DNA from: an uncultured Solibacteraceae bacterium
Lineage (GTDB): Bacteria; Acidobacteriota; Terriglobia; 20CM-2-55-15
Length of the DNA: 64,000 bases
Direction of reading: 5' to 3'
Assembly: GCA_964633285.1 (NCBI GenBank)
Contig: CAZWGA010000028.1
Location: forward strand, 960-64,959
Shown here piece after piece: positions 23,103-33,480 of the stretch (the stretch's first letter is position 1; the number at the start of each line of letters is the position of its first letter). The notes under the pieces were generated by a model. That model worked only from the letters and a program-made list of their open reading frames with translations. It ran no database searches and had not been told where the DNA came from. Position numbers and translations under genes: made by a program.

Positions 23103-26100
23103 ATGGCAGGAAGCCAGAAGAGACTGTTCCGAAGTGTCGCGTTCGCCATCACGGCGTTGCTGCTTGTTTCATCCTCGGCCTTGGCTCAACTGACATTGAA
23201 CAGTCTTACGGATACTTCGCCGGGCATCTCCTCGAATATCGCGCAGGTAGGTGCCGCATCCTTCACGCTTACGCTGAACGGTTCGGGCTTCACTTCGAAT
23301 TCCATCGCTCGCTTTGGATCGACCAATCTGGCGACGACGTTTGTCAGTGCGAACAGGCTGACCGCCCTCGTGCCGTCTTCTTTGCTCAAGACAACGGGTG
23401 CTCCGAGCATAACCGTAGTTGACGGTAACACGACATCGAACGCTCTCGCGTTCACCGTAACCTATCGCGCGGATGTCAACGGCAATGGAAGCGTGAACAT
23501 CGCTGACGCTTTGGTCATTGCGCTGTCATCCGGAGGACTTTTCAGACCTGCCGTGCCGGTCTCCCTCAGCGATGTGAATTTCAATGACGTCACCAGCATC
23601 GGTGATGCGCTCGTGCTCGCGCTTTTTACGGGTGGTGTTCGAACGAATCTGGATCGGCCGGCAATCACGTCGACCAGCGCTGTCGCTCCAGTTAACGCCG
23701 GCGATTCCATCACGCTGACAGGACCGGGATTTTCGCCGGCGGTTGGCGACAACGCCGTTGTTTTTTCCATGCTGGATGGCAGTTTCCTTTCGATTGCTCC
23801 GTCGAGCGTTACTACGGGATCCGGCGACAGGACGATGACAGTGACTGTTCCATCCGGCGCAGCCAGCGGCCCGGTATTCGTCAAGCGCAATGACGTCGAG
23901 GTTCCAGGCAGGCCGATTGTTATTCCAATCCAGGGATCCGTTGTTCCGGTTTACATCAGCAACGTCACGCCCAATGCGAATCTCCAACCCGGTACGACTT
24001 CGGTTACCTTAACCGGCAGCGGTTTCGATCCTACGCCTGCCAATAACGCGATCACATTTTCAGGACCGAACGGCACAATAATCACGACGACTGCGGCGAC
24101 GGCTTCAACGGTTTCGTTATCCGTCGTGGTTCCGGCACCGGCGATAAGCGGTTTCGTCTATGTCACTGTCAGCGGGCGCGAATCCAATCACAAATCGATT
24201 CTGTGTCAGGGAACACCGACCGTTCTCCGGCTGAATCAACTTTACTATCCCGATGTTGCGGGTGAGCCGGTCCTGATCGAGGGAACCGGTTTCAACTCGG
24301 CGGCGCCGTCGGATAATCAGGTTCTGTTCACTGCTCCGAACAGCAGCGAGGTGCAGGGACAAGTCGTGGCGGTTGGGAGAACGGAATTGATTGTTCTCGT
24401 TCCAGCCAACGCCATTACGGGAACGGTGAAGGTCAAGACGACCGGCGGCACGGTTACTTCGAACACGCTTGGTTTCACGGCCGCATCCGGATCAGGATCC
24501 AGGCCTCTTATTTCTTCCATCAATCCGGATTCCGGCACAGCGGGAACGACGGTTAATGTAACGATTACTGGAACGAATTTCGTTCCTGGTGCGACTACGG
24601 TCACGGCCGCGTCGACGGGAATCACGGTGACCGCTGTTAATGTTCCGAACGCAACTTCTCTCACTGCGAATCTCGTCATTCAGAGCTCAGCCGCTCTCGG
24701 TGCTACCAGTATCAGCGTGGTGACGACTGGTGGTTTGAGTTCCATAGCGTTTAATGTACTCGCACCGATCTCCACGATTCAGTTGCGCGATTCGGTAACA
24801 AGCAATTCAACAAACGAGTTTGTTGTGAATGCCGGTAATACGCTTCAAGTTGGAGTTCGAATTCTCGACAGCACCGGGCAGGAACGAACCGGCGTGCCGG
24901 TCCAGTACACGAGCTTGAATTCGGATATCGCTTCCATCGATGTAACCGGCCTCGTTCGCGGTCTTCGCGCCGGTTTTTCGACATTGACCGTGACGTCCGG
25001 TAACGCCGTGGCGACAGGAATCATCACGGTCGTGGAAGTCACGACGGGCAGCGCTGCGGACAACGTGTCGGGTATTGCGATCGACAGCAGCCAGCAGATT
25101 TATCTCGCGCTCACCTCCGATCAGACGATTCGCACAGGTCTGGATCTAACCCAGCCTGCTCAGATTTACGCCGGAATGTCGGGCTCTGCCGGCTTCAGCG
25201 ACAACGTGCGGCTGCAGTCGCTTTTCCGAAGTCCATCCTTTGTTGCACTGAATCAGGCGGACGGAACATTGTATGTCGCCGATTCCGGCAATCATCGGAT
25301 TCGCAGGATTACACCCGGACCCAACGGCCGCGTGGACACGATCGCAGGTACCGGCACTGCAGGATCGCAGGATGGCGCCGCTGCCTCTGCAACGTTCCGG
25401 AATCCGCAGGGAATTGCGTTGGATTCTGCCGGCTATCTCTGGGTTGCCGATACGGGAAACCACACGATCCGCAGAATCAACCTGACGGCACGAACCGTAC
25501 AGACAGTGGCCGGGTTGGCGGGAACATCAGGATCCACCGACGGAACCGGCACAGCCGCTCGATTCAACGGTCCAATTGGAATTGCGATCAGACCTGAAAC
25601 ACTGGCGGAAAGTCTCGATCGTTTGCGAAACGGTGGCGCTCCGCCTCCGATGACAGTCCTTGTGGCCGATACCGGCAACGGGTTGCTGCGCCGGGTGAAG
25701 GAAACCGGCGTGGTCGATACGCTTCAGGTAACGACGCCTGCGGCGACCCCTTTCATGAACGCGAGTATCAAACCCGCAATCCTTGCAGCGACTCCAATCG
25801 TTCCCGCTCCAACCGGTATTGCCGTGGACGCAGCCGGAAACATTTACGTGACGGACCCGGCTTCAGGGCAACTTGCCGTCCTGCTCGGCAATGGACAGAT
25901 TGTTCAAGCGACTCAGTCTGGAACATTCAGCGGGCCTCGTAGCGTGATCATCAGCCGGCTTGGAAGAATTCTGGTTGCGGATGCTGTGCGTACGCGCGAA
26001 CTCCACTACGGTGAGCCGCAAATCACAAGTCTCACCCCCGATCACGTTCCCACACAGGGCAACGTGACGATCACCGTTCGCGGGAACAACTTCTCCCCGG

Positions 26101-29100
26101 ATTCCATCGTTGTCGTTGGCGCCACCATCGTTTCCGGCGTGCATATAGACAACACGCAAACCCTGACGTTCACCATTCCTTTACTGCCGAGTGGCATCGC
26201 TACGCTCACTGTCCAGAATCGCGGAGGCCTGGCCCAACGGCCACTCTCGATCGATTCAATTCCATTGAGCAGCCTGCCTCCGGGCTATATCACTACGATT
26301 GCCGGTGGAACGACGTTCGTCGGCGATGGCTCTCAATTCACTTCTGCAACGCTCGGTCCGGCAAACATGGCCATGGACAGTTCGGGGAATCTATTCATCG
26401 CGGACTGGGCGAACAATCGTGTTCGAAGAGTCGATGCGCGAACGGGAGTGGTCACGACAGTCGCCGGCAACGGCAGCATCGATCTCAATGTCAATGACGG
26501 CGGGCCCGCTGTTGCCGCATCCCTTGCACATCCCGCCGGTGTTGCTGTCGATGCCTCAGGCAATCTCTACATTGCCGATGGAAGCGGGGATTATAGCGAT
26601 CTGAGAAGTCCGTCGGCCGCCCCCTATTTTGAGCACCGGCGAATTCGCAAGGTCAACGTGGTTACGGGAATCATCAGCAGCATGCTGGATTGCGTCCAGC
26701 CCTCATCCTGCCAGGACGACCAGGGGCTCGCGGCGAATGCGCTGACGGTCGACGCCGCCGGCAACATCTACTTCATCGGAGCAAGCGGAGGCAACGCCGT
26801 TAATAAGGTTGCAGCGGCGACAGGAGTCGTGACGACCATTGCCGGCAATCCGTTTAGTCCCGGTTACTCAGGAGACAATGGTCCGGCGTCAGCGGCCCTG
26901 TTGAACGTGCCCAGTTCGCTGGCCACGGACACGGCAGGCAATCTTTACATCGCAGACTCCAGTAACGACAGGATCCGCAAAATCGATGCCGCCACGGGAA
27001 TCATCTCAACAGTAGCCGGCGGCAGCACTCTGACTTTTGATGGTGCCCTGGCCACTCAATCCAAACTCTACACTCCAACATCGATTGCGATCGACAAAGA
27101 CGGCAACCTTTATATAGGGGAATCCGGAAGAGGCCGAATCCGAAAAGTAAATGCGTCATCAGGAACCATCAGCACCGTCGCCGGCAACGGGACAGGATTT
27201 TCCGGTGACGGCGGACTTGCGTTGAGCGCGCAATTGGATCCTTCAGGCATTCTGCTGGATGCGTCGGGAGATCTGCTCATTGCGGAATTCAATAATCATC
27301 GAGTGCGTAAAGTGACGTCTAGGAATGGAACAGTCAACACCCTGGGCGGCACAGGTGAAAGCAACTACTCGGGCACGGGAGGTCCGGCCATTGCTGCAAC
27401 TCTCAGCCTTCCGTGGGACATTACATTCGATCAGTCCGGAAACTTGTATGTTGCCGAAGTTGAAAACAATCAGATTCGGAAGGTCAGCGCGGATACAGGA
27501 GCCATCAGCGTTGTGGCTGGGATGGGTCTGGCAGCTTTTTCAGGGGATAACGGTCCGGCAACTGCGGCAGCGTTAAGTTTTCCGTATGGAATCGCCATGG
27601 ACTTGGGAGGAAATCTCTTCATTGCCGATACCTGGAACTCCAGAATCCGAAAGATTGCTGCATCGACGGGAACCATTACGACTGTTGCCGGAACCGGTGA
27701 GTTTGCATATTCGGGAGACAACGGTCCCGCGATCTCTGCCGTACTCAATAAACCGATTTCCGTCGCGGTCGATTCAGCCGGCAATCTTTTTATAGCAGAC
27801 ACCGGCAACAACAAGGTTCGAAAGATTGCCGCCGCCAACGGAACCATCACAACAATTGCAGACCTGACCTCATCGCCTCAGTACGTCGCACTCGATCCTG
27901 CTGGAAACATTTACGTGGCAATGTATGGTGGAATTCTCAAGATCGCCGCGGGGACCGGTGTCGTCACGCAAGTGCCCAACAGCACCGGGTTCTATGTAAA
28001 CGCAATCCGATTCGATTCAGCCGGTAACCTTTTCTTCTCGGACTTCACGAACCGCGTTCGCCGGATAGGCACAGATGGAAGCATTGTCACGGTGGCAGGC
28101 AACGGCGCCGCTACGACCGTGCAGCGCAACGGCGTCACGAACGCGGCGGTAGGGGACAACGGTCCGGCGCGAAACGCTACTCTAGACATGCCTTCAGGGA
28201 TGGCTTTCGATAGCGCTGGAAATCTGTTTATTGTCGATGCCTACAACCAGCGTGTTCGTGCTGTGCGCGGCCCCGTCCCATCGAGTCCTGCTGTAGCGCA
28301 GTTGGCGATCGTCTCCGGCAACAACCAAACGGCGCAGATCGGCGCGGTATTGCCACAGCCTCTCATAGTCGAGGCGCGGGATCAGAATGGAAACACGTTA
28401 ACGGGTATCGGTGTCACGTTCTCCGTTACCAGCGGTGGTGGCTCTGTCGATCCTTCAATGCGGGAGATTACCGCATCGAACGGCCGTGCGTTGGTAACGG
28501 CAACGCTCGGAACGTCTCCCGGAACTGCGCTGTTCTCGGCATCGGTGAATGGAATTCCGGCGGTAGTCTTTTCCGCGACGGCAACGGCCGCTTCCAGTTC
28601 AATTCCAACACTGACTTCGATCAGTCCCGGTTCCGGCACGCAGGGCAACACGATTTCAGTGACCCTGACGGGCAACGGTTTTGTGACAGGTAACACCGTA
28701 GTAACAGCCGGCGGCAGTGGGGTTGTGGTAAGCCGCGTGACGGTGACGAACGCCAATTCCTTGTCGGCGACTCTCGTGCTCTCCGGGCCGGCGGGTAGCC
28801 GAAGCGTTGCTGTCAGAACGCCGGGCGGAACAAGCGGAAACGTTTCCTTCACGGTTATTGCCGGCACGTTGTCTTCCGCAACAGCTTTCAATGTGACGAC
28901 GCCTTACGGACTTGCAACTCAGCTTGGCACCGCCGATGGAACGGGCACTGCAGCGCGATTCAGTGCTCCCCGCGGGATCTGGAGCGACGGCGCTAATCTT
29001 TACGTTGCCGACACGAACAATTACGCCATCCGGAAAATAAATCTGACGACCGGCGCCGTTACGACCCTTGCCGGCTTGAAGGGCACTGCGGGATCTGCGG

Positions 29101-31109
29101 ATGGAACCGGTACCGCAGCGCGTTTTGTCTATCCCGGCGCGATCTGGGGCGATGGACTGAACCTTTATGTCGCCGATTCGGTCACGATTCGGAAAGTTGT
29201 GCTCAGTTCCGGAGTTGTGACGACACTGGCAGGACAGGCAGGCGCCCTTGGCTCGGCCGACGACACAGGAACTGCGGCGCGATTCTTGGGCATCAGCGGA
29301 CTTTGGGGTGACAACAACAATCTCTACATTGCGGATGCCGGTAACAATACGATTCGAAAAATGAATCTTTCGAGTCTTGCGGTCACAACAGTAGCCGGCG
29401 ATCCGGGAACACCTGCGATGGTTGATGGCGCCGCGACAGATGCGCGATTCAGTCAACCCAATGGACTCTGGAGTGACGGTGCGAACCTTTTCATTTCGGA
29501 TTATGCCAATCACGCGATCCGGAAAATGAACATTGTGTCGGGTAACGTTTCAACCGTAGCCGCTTACTATGCCTTTAATGGTCCGGCGGGCTTGTGGGGC
29601 GATGGAGTCAACCTTTACGTTCTGGAATCGGCAAACAACATCGTCAGTCAGATTGTTCTCTCAACGGCCGCAGTCTCAATAATAGCCGGACAATCCGGAA
29701 TTAACGGCAGTGCAGATGGTTCTGGCTCTGCTGCGAGATTCTGGAGTCCGAACGGCATTTGGGGCGATGGCGGCCGGCTCTATGTTGCCGACACGGGGAA
29801 TTCCACAATTCGAAAACTGGATACCGTCGTTCTTGCGCCCGCGATTTCGGCAATCACGCCGTTTACCGGTTCCCGTGGAACGACGATATCGGCGAACCTG
29901 ACAGGCACGTATTTTCTCGGCGCAACGGCGGTGACATTCAGCGGAACAGGTGTAACCGGAACCATCCTGGGTGGCGGTACCGCAACGAACCTGCCGATAT
30001 CGATTGCCATTTCCGCGGACACGGCTGAAAGTGTCCGGACCATCACCGTCCATACATCGGCTGGAACATCTGCGGTATTCACAGGATTCACGATCAGTCC
30101 CGTGGCATGGCAGGTCTCAAATCCGGGTTTGCCCGCGGGTGTGACGATCAACTCCATCTGGGCGAGAAACCGGAATGATGCATTCGTCTGGGGTGCGCGC
30201 AACATACCCAACACAACGACGCCGGAAAGTTATCTCTATCATTGGAACGGCGCGGCGTGGAGCCAGGCGTTCTATCTCGCCAGTGCTTCGGCGATCAGTG
30301 TCTTCGGCACGGGCGCTTCAGAGGTTTGGATTTCGGCGTTCTCGACGACGGCGAACGCAAGCGTTGTCTATCGTTCCGTGAATAGCGGCGTCAATTGGAC
30401 ACAGCAGACTTTACCTGCCGCGATCGGCTCCGCAAGAGTAGGCAGCCTGACGGGGACTCCGAACAATATTCATGCCAGCGGGGCGGGGAATCAGATCATC
30501 CGTTTCAATGGAACGAGTTGGTCTGCTCTTAATGCCGGCGGAATTCAAAACAATGATCCCCCTGGTCCGATAGTCGTCAACAGCGCTACTGAGGGCTATT
30601 ACACGACATGCCATGGTTTCGGATTCTGGGATGGCACAAGCTGGGCCTACATTTCAAATGGATGGGATTTTTGCAACGTCAGTCAAATCTGGGGCACACC
30701 CACATATCTGCATACGGCTGGAGACAATAGTTCTTCGAATGGCGTTCGCGTCTGGAGACAGACCGGTCCAACGAACTTCAGCCAGACGCCGGTTCTCGCC
30801 GATCCTAATGATGGACCCTTGCAAGGTGGATATTTGTGCGGCACGGGCCAATACGGGACCGCAACGGGTTTGTGGGGTTCTGGCGGAAGCGACATCTGGG
30901 TCAGCGGCCGGCTTGGCGTGAGTCCGACGGACTGCACACCAACGGGGCGTCTCTATCACTACAACGGAACCGCATGGAGCAATATCACCTCACTAGTTCC
31001 CGCTATTGTGGGAAATCCATTGCCGGCCGTTACAGCGCTTACCGGAACAGCATCCGATGACGTCTGGATCGCGTTGGCCGATGGCCGCGTTTTGCGATTC
31101 ACGCGTTGA
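23103..31109 (+). CDS. 2668-aa secreted multidomain surface protein: IPT/TIG repeats, dockerin-like EF-hand pair, Ig-like domains, three NHL beta-propellers, C-terminal W-G-S-x-x-x-D-x-W propeller
   Basis: Sec signal. DVNGNGSVNIAD and DVNFNDVTSIGD loops. Repeated 'ISSINP..G..G..V..TGTNF' IPT units. Many 'LYVAD..N..IRKI...G...TVAG' NHL repeats. GLWGSGGSDIW and TGTASDDVW at the C-terminus. Confidence 0.88.
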   Translation: MAGSQKRLFRSVAFAITALLLVSSSALAQLTLNSLTDTSPGISSNIAQVGAASFTLTLNGSGFTSNSIARFGSTNLATTFVSANRLTALVPSSLLKTTGAPSITVVDGNTTSNALAFTVTYRADVNGNGSVNIADALVIALSSGGLFRPAVPVSLSDVNFNDVTSIGDALVLALFTGGVRTNLDRPAITSTSAVAPVNAGDSITLTGPGFSPAVGDNAVVFSMLDGSFLSIAPSSVTTGSGDRTMTVTVPSGAASGPVFVKRNDVEVPGRPIVIPIQGSVVPVYISNVTPNANLQPGTTSVTLTGSGFDPTPANNAITFSGPNGTIITTTAATASTVSLSVVVPAPAISGFVYVTVSGRESNHKSILCQGTPTVLRLNQLYYPDVAGEPVLIEGTGFNSAAPSDNQVLFTAPNSSEVQGQVVAVGRTELIVLVPANAITGTVKVKTTGGTVTSNTLGFTAASGSGSRPLISSINPDSGTAGTTVNVTITGTNFVPGATTVTAASTGITVTAVNVPNATSLTANLVIQSSAALGATSISVVTTGGLSSIAFNVLAPISTIQLRDSVTSNSTNEFVVNAGNTLQVGVRILDSTGQERTGVPVQYTSLNSDIASIDVTGLVRGLRAGFSTLTVTSGNAVATGIITVVEVTTGSAADNVSGIAIDSSQQIYLALTSDQTIRTGLDLTQPAQIYAGMSGSAGFSDNVRLQSLFRSPSFVALNQADGTLYVADSGNHRIRRITPGPNGRVDTIAGTGTAGSQDGAAASATFRNPQGIALDSAGYLWVADTGNHTIRRINLTARTVQTVAGLAGTSGSTDGTGTAARFNGPIGIAIRPETLAESLDRLRNGGAPPPMTVLVADTGNGLLRRVKETGVVDTLQVTTPAATPFMNASIKPAILAATPIVPAPTGIAVDAAGNIYVTDPASGQLAVLLGNGQIVQATQSGTFSGPRSVIISRLGRILVADAVRTRELHYGEPQITSLTPDHVPTQGNVTITVRGNNFSPDSIVVVGATIVSGVHIDNTQTLTFTIPLLPSGIATLTVQNRGGLAQRPLSIDSIPLSSLPPGYITTIAGGTTFVGDGSQFTSATLGPANMAMDSSGNLFIADWANNRVRRVDARTGVVTTVAGNGSIDLNVNDGGPAVAASLAHPAGVAVDASGNLYIADGSGDYSDLRSPSAAPYFEHRRIRKVNVVTGIISSMLDCVQPSSCQDDQGLAANALTVDAAGNIYFIGASGGNAVNKVAAATGVVTTIAGNPFSPGYSGDNGPASAALLNVPSSLATDTAGNLYIADSSNDRIRKIDAATGIISTVAGGSTLTFDGALATQSKLYTPTSIAIDKDGNLYIGESGRGRIRKVNASSGTISTVAGNGTGFSGDGGLALSAQLDPSGILLDASGDLLIAEFNNHRVRKVTSRNGTVNTLGGTGESNYSGTGGPAIAATLSLPWDITFDQSGNLYVAEVENNQIRKVSADTGAISVVAGMGLAAFSGDNGPATAAALSFPYGIAMDLGGNLFIADTWNSRIRKIAASTGTITTVAGTGEFAYSGDNGPAISAVLNKPISVAVDSAGNLFIADTGNNKVRKIAAANGTITTIADLTSSPQYVALDPAGNIYVAMYGGILKIAAGTGVVTQVPNSTGFYVNAIRFDSAGNLFFSDFTNRVRRIGTDGSIVTVAGNGAATTVQRNGVTNAAVGDNGPARNATLDMPSGMAFDSAGNLFIVDAYNQRVRAVRGPVPSSPAVAQLAIVSGNNQTAQIGAVLPQPLIVEARDQNGNTLTGIGVTFSVTSGGGSVDPSMREITASNGRALVTATLGTSPGTALFSASVNGIPAVVFSATATAASSSIPTLTSISPGSGTQGNTISVTLTGNGFVTGNTVVTAGGSGVVVSRVTVTNANSLSATLVLSGPAGSRSVAVRTPGGTSGNVSFTVIAGTLSSATAFNVTTPYGLATQLGTADGTGTAARFSAPRGIWSDGANLYVADTNNYAIRKINLTTGAVTTLAGLKGTAGSADGTGTAARFVYPGAIWGDGLNLYVADSVTIRKVVLSSGVVTTLAGQAGALGSADDTGTAARFLGISGLWGDNNNLYIADAGNNTIRKMNLSSLAVTTVAGDPGTPAMVDGAATDARFSQPNGLWSDGANLFISDYANHAIRKMNIVSGNVSTVAAYYAFNGPAGLWGDGVNLYVLESANNIVSQIVLSTAAVSIIAGQSGINGSADGSGSAARFWSPNGIWGDGGRLYVADTGNSTIRKLDTVVLAPAISAITPFTGSRGTTISANLTGTYFLGATAVTFSGTGVTGTILGGGTATNLPISIAISADTAESVRTITVHTSAGTSAVFTGFTISPVAWQVSNPGLPAGVTINSIWARNRNDAFVWGARNIPNTTTPESYLYHWNGAAWSQAFYLASASAISVFGTGASEVWISAFSTTANASVVYRSVNSGVNWTQQTLPAAIGSARVGSLTGTPNNIHASGAGNQIIRFNGTSWSALNAGGIQNNDPPGPIVVNSATEGYYTTCHGFGFWDGTSWAYISNGWDFCNVSQIWGTPTYLHTAGDNSSSNGVRVWRQTGPTNFSQTPVLADPNDGPLQGGYLCGTGQYGTATGLWGSGGSDIWVSGRLGVSPTDCTPTGRLYHYNGTAWSNITSLVPAIVGNPLPAVTALTGTASDDVWIALADGRVLRFTR

Positions 31110-31160
31110 AGAATGTACGATCGATAACCCTTATTGGTGATCTCACCTGAATTCGATCAT

Positions 31161-31184
31161 GTAGCCGCGGGTTTTATACCCGCG
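31161..31184 (+). repeat. GTAG-type REP-like element (GTAGCCGCGGGTTTTATACCCGCG)
   Basis: GTAG tetranucleotide followed by a CGCGGGT/ACCCGCG 7-bp stem, between convergent genes. Confidence 0.5.
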
Positions 31185-31185
31185 T

Positions 31186-32415
31186 TCATGCAGCGAGTTC
31201 TTCAGACGCATCAATCCTGAACCACAAAACCGCGCCAAGAAGCAAAAACGCTGCCATTGGTACAAACGGAGCGTTGTAGCTGTGGAAGTGGTCGACGAGA
31301 TATCCATAGACGACCGTCGAAATAAAAGCGCCCACCTGTGCTGATGTGTTCATCAAACCGACGACGGATCCCGCATGCTTTTGTCCGATATCCAGGCAAA
31401 CACCGAATACTCCCGCCTGCTGAAATGTAATTCCTCCGTAGACGAGCGAAAGGAGAATAACCGTGAACAACTGCTGCTGGGTAACCATGGCCGCGATCGT
31501 GAAAAGGCACGCGCTGCCGAGGCCAAAAATGCCGAGCAGGCGCCTTCCCCATTTCAAACCGAGCCTGCGGACCAGCGCGTCGCTGGCCGCTCCGCCTGTC
31601 AGATTGGCGCATGCGGCGACGGCGTACGGCAATGCGGAAAGAATCAAACTCCCTTCGCTGAAACCCCGGCCCCTTACAAGAAAGGTATGAAACCACGTCT
31701 GAAAAAAAGTGTACACGTAGACATAACAAAAGGCGGTGGTGAGCATGGCCAGCATGCTTCCCGAACGCAATGCCTGCCGCCAGGGGAAACCTTTCAAGTG
31801 CACCGCGTGTGCGGGAACCGTTTCGTTCAGCTCAGCCGATGTTATTCCTCGCTTCTCGGAAGGATTGTCGCGAAACCAGACGTACCAGACGGCCGCCCAG
31901 ACCAGTCCGAGAGCGCCGAAAATGTAGAACGATGCGCGCCACCCGTAACGCATCTGGATCGGCACAACAAGCAGCGGCGCTATCGCTCCGCCGATCTGAC
32001 TTGCCATCAGCAGGACACCGGAGACGCCCGCGCGCTGCGTCGCCGGGAACCAGCGCGCCATAACGATCGAAGCATTTGGAAATGCGCCGGCTTCTCCAGC
32101 GCCGAAGCAGAACCTTGTGATCAGAAGAATGCGGTAATTCCAGACCATTCCGGTCAGCGACGTGAATGCGGACCACCACAGCACCACGCGCGTCAGCACG
32201 CGCCGAGCGCCAATTCGATCCCCCAACACGCCGGTAGGAATTTCAAAGAGGCAGTAGGACAACGTGAACATCGCCGTCACCCAGCTCCATCCAACCGGAT
32301 CGATGTGCAGATCATCCTGTATTCGCGGCCCCGCCACGGAAATGCAGACGCGGTCGAGATACATGATCGCGAACAGCAGAATGAGAAGTCCAAGAACGCG
32401 ATGACGATATTTCAT
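31186..32415 (-). CDS. MFS transporter (anion:cation symporter-like)
   Basis: MKYRHRVLG, YLDRVCISVA, GDRIGARR, GAGEAGAFP, RWFP and GSVVGLMNT motifs. About 12 hydrophobic segments. Confidence 0.92.
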   Translation of the reverse strand: MKYRHRVLGLLILLFAIMYLDRVCISVAGPRIQDDLHIDPVGWSWVTAMFTLSYCLFEIPTGVLGDRIGARRVLTRVVLWWSAFTSLTGMVWNYRILLITRFCFGAGEAGAFPNASIVMARWFPATQRAGVSGVLLMASQIGGAIAPLLVVPIQMRYGWRASFYIFGALGLVWAAVWYVWFRDNPSEKRGITSAELNETVPAHAVHLKGFPWRQALRSGSMLAMLTTAFCYVYVYTFFQTWFHTFLVRGRGFSEGSLILSALPYAVAACANLTGGAASDALVRRLGLKWGRRLLGIFGLGSACLFTIAAMVTQQQLFTVILLSLVYGGITFQQAGVFGVCLDIGQKHAGSVVGLMNTSAQVGAFISTVVYGYLVDHFHSYNAPFVPMAAFLLLGAVLWFRIDASEELAA

Positions 32416-32479
32416 GATGAAGGACCCCGAAAGGGCGGATGATTTTCTCACATGCGGGCTGTTGTGGGAATATATGCGG

Positions 32480-33460
32480 ATGACGAAATCCACATTATCA
32501 ACTGCATTGATGTTGATGGCGGCCGGTTCGCCGGTCCTGCTTGCCGAAACGCATCGCTTCACGCCGACGGTGTTTTACAACACGTGGTCCGCCTCGCATC
32601 CACCGGCATTGCGCATCAAACCCGGCGATCGCGTGGTGACCAAAACGATTGACGCCGCGGGTGTCGATTGGAACGGCAAAACCGTTGGCGCAGGTCCGAA
32701 TCCTCAAACCGGCCCGTTCTATATCGAAGGCGCTGAGCCGGGCGACATGCTTGTGATCACACTCGAGAAGATTGAAACGAATCGGGCGATGGCTTATTCA
32801 AGCAGCCTTCTTTCTCCATACGCCACGACACCTCAGGCCATCAACACGCGAACCGACCACGAAGCCCGGCGTCTGACCTGGACCATCGACAAAGCAAAAG
32901 GTGTTGCGCGGCTGGACCAGACTGAAGTGCAACCGGGTGGGATCGAGTTGCCGCTTCGGCCCATGCTGGGTTGCATCGGCGTTGCGCCCAGCGGGAAACA
33001 GGCCATTGGAACCTCGACGCCCGGAGCGTGGGGCGGCAACATGGACTATGCGTCGATGATCGCCGGCGCAAAACTCATGCTCCCAGTCAATGAACCCGGC
33101 GCGTTTTTGTTTCTCGGTGACGGTCACGCCAGACAAGGTGAAGGGGAAGTCGCGGGCACGGGTCTTGAAACGTCGATGGATGTGGAATTCACCGTCGATC
33201 TCGTCAAGAAGAAGGCTATCGGCTGGCCTCGCCTGGAAAACGCGACGCACATCATGGTGCTCGGCAGCGCCCGCCCTCTCCTCGAAGCATTTCAGATCGC
33301 CACCGCCGAGTTGCAGCAATGGCTCATGGCGGATTACCACATGACCGAACGCGGCGCGCAGACATTCATGGGGCAGGCCGCCGAATACGAAGTGGCCAAT
33401 GTCGTCGATCCGAGTTTTACGGTTGTCGCGAGAATCAACAAGAACCTGCTGCGCCGTTAA
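32480..33460 (+). CDS. acetamidase/formamidase-family protein, secreted
   Basis: Signal-like N-terminus. TGPFYIEGAEPGDML, GCIGVAP, GGNMD and GDGHARQGEGEVAGTGLE motifs. The start could be 32474. Confidence 0.9.
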   Translation: MTKSTLSTALMLMAAGSPVLLAETHRFTPTVFYNTWSASHPPALRIKPGDRVVTKTIDAAGVDWNGKTVGAGPNPQTGPFYIEGAEPGDMLVITLEKIETNRAMAYSSSLLSPYATTPQAINTRTDHEARRLTWTIDKAKGVARLDQTEVQPGGIELPLRPMLGCIGVAPSGKQAIGTSTPGAWGGNMDYASMIAGAKLMLPVNEPGAFLFLGDGHARQGEGEVAGTGLETSMDVEFTVDLVKKKAIGWPRLENATHIMVLGSARPLLEAFQIATAELQQWLMADYHMTERGAQTFMGQAAEYEVANVVDPSFTVVARINKNLLRR

Positions 33461-33480
33461 TGAAGGGCGCCGACAGGCCG

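Noticed and set aside
25000-29900. Recurring sequence units as a CRISPR array or tandem DNA repeat
   Set aside because: These are degenerate, in-frame NHL protein repeats with synonymous variation. There are no identical repeats with unique spacers and no cas genes.
31375-32442. 355-aa + strand ORF
   Set aside because: Antisense shadow of the MFS transporter.
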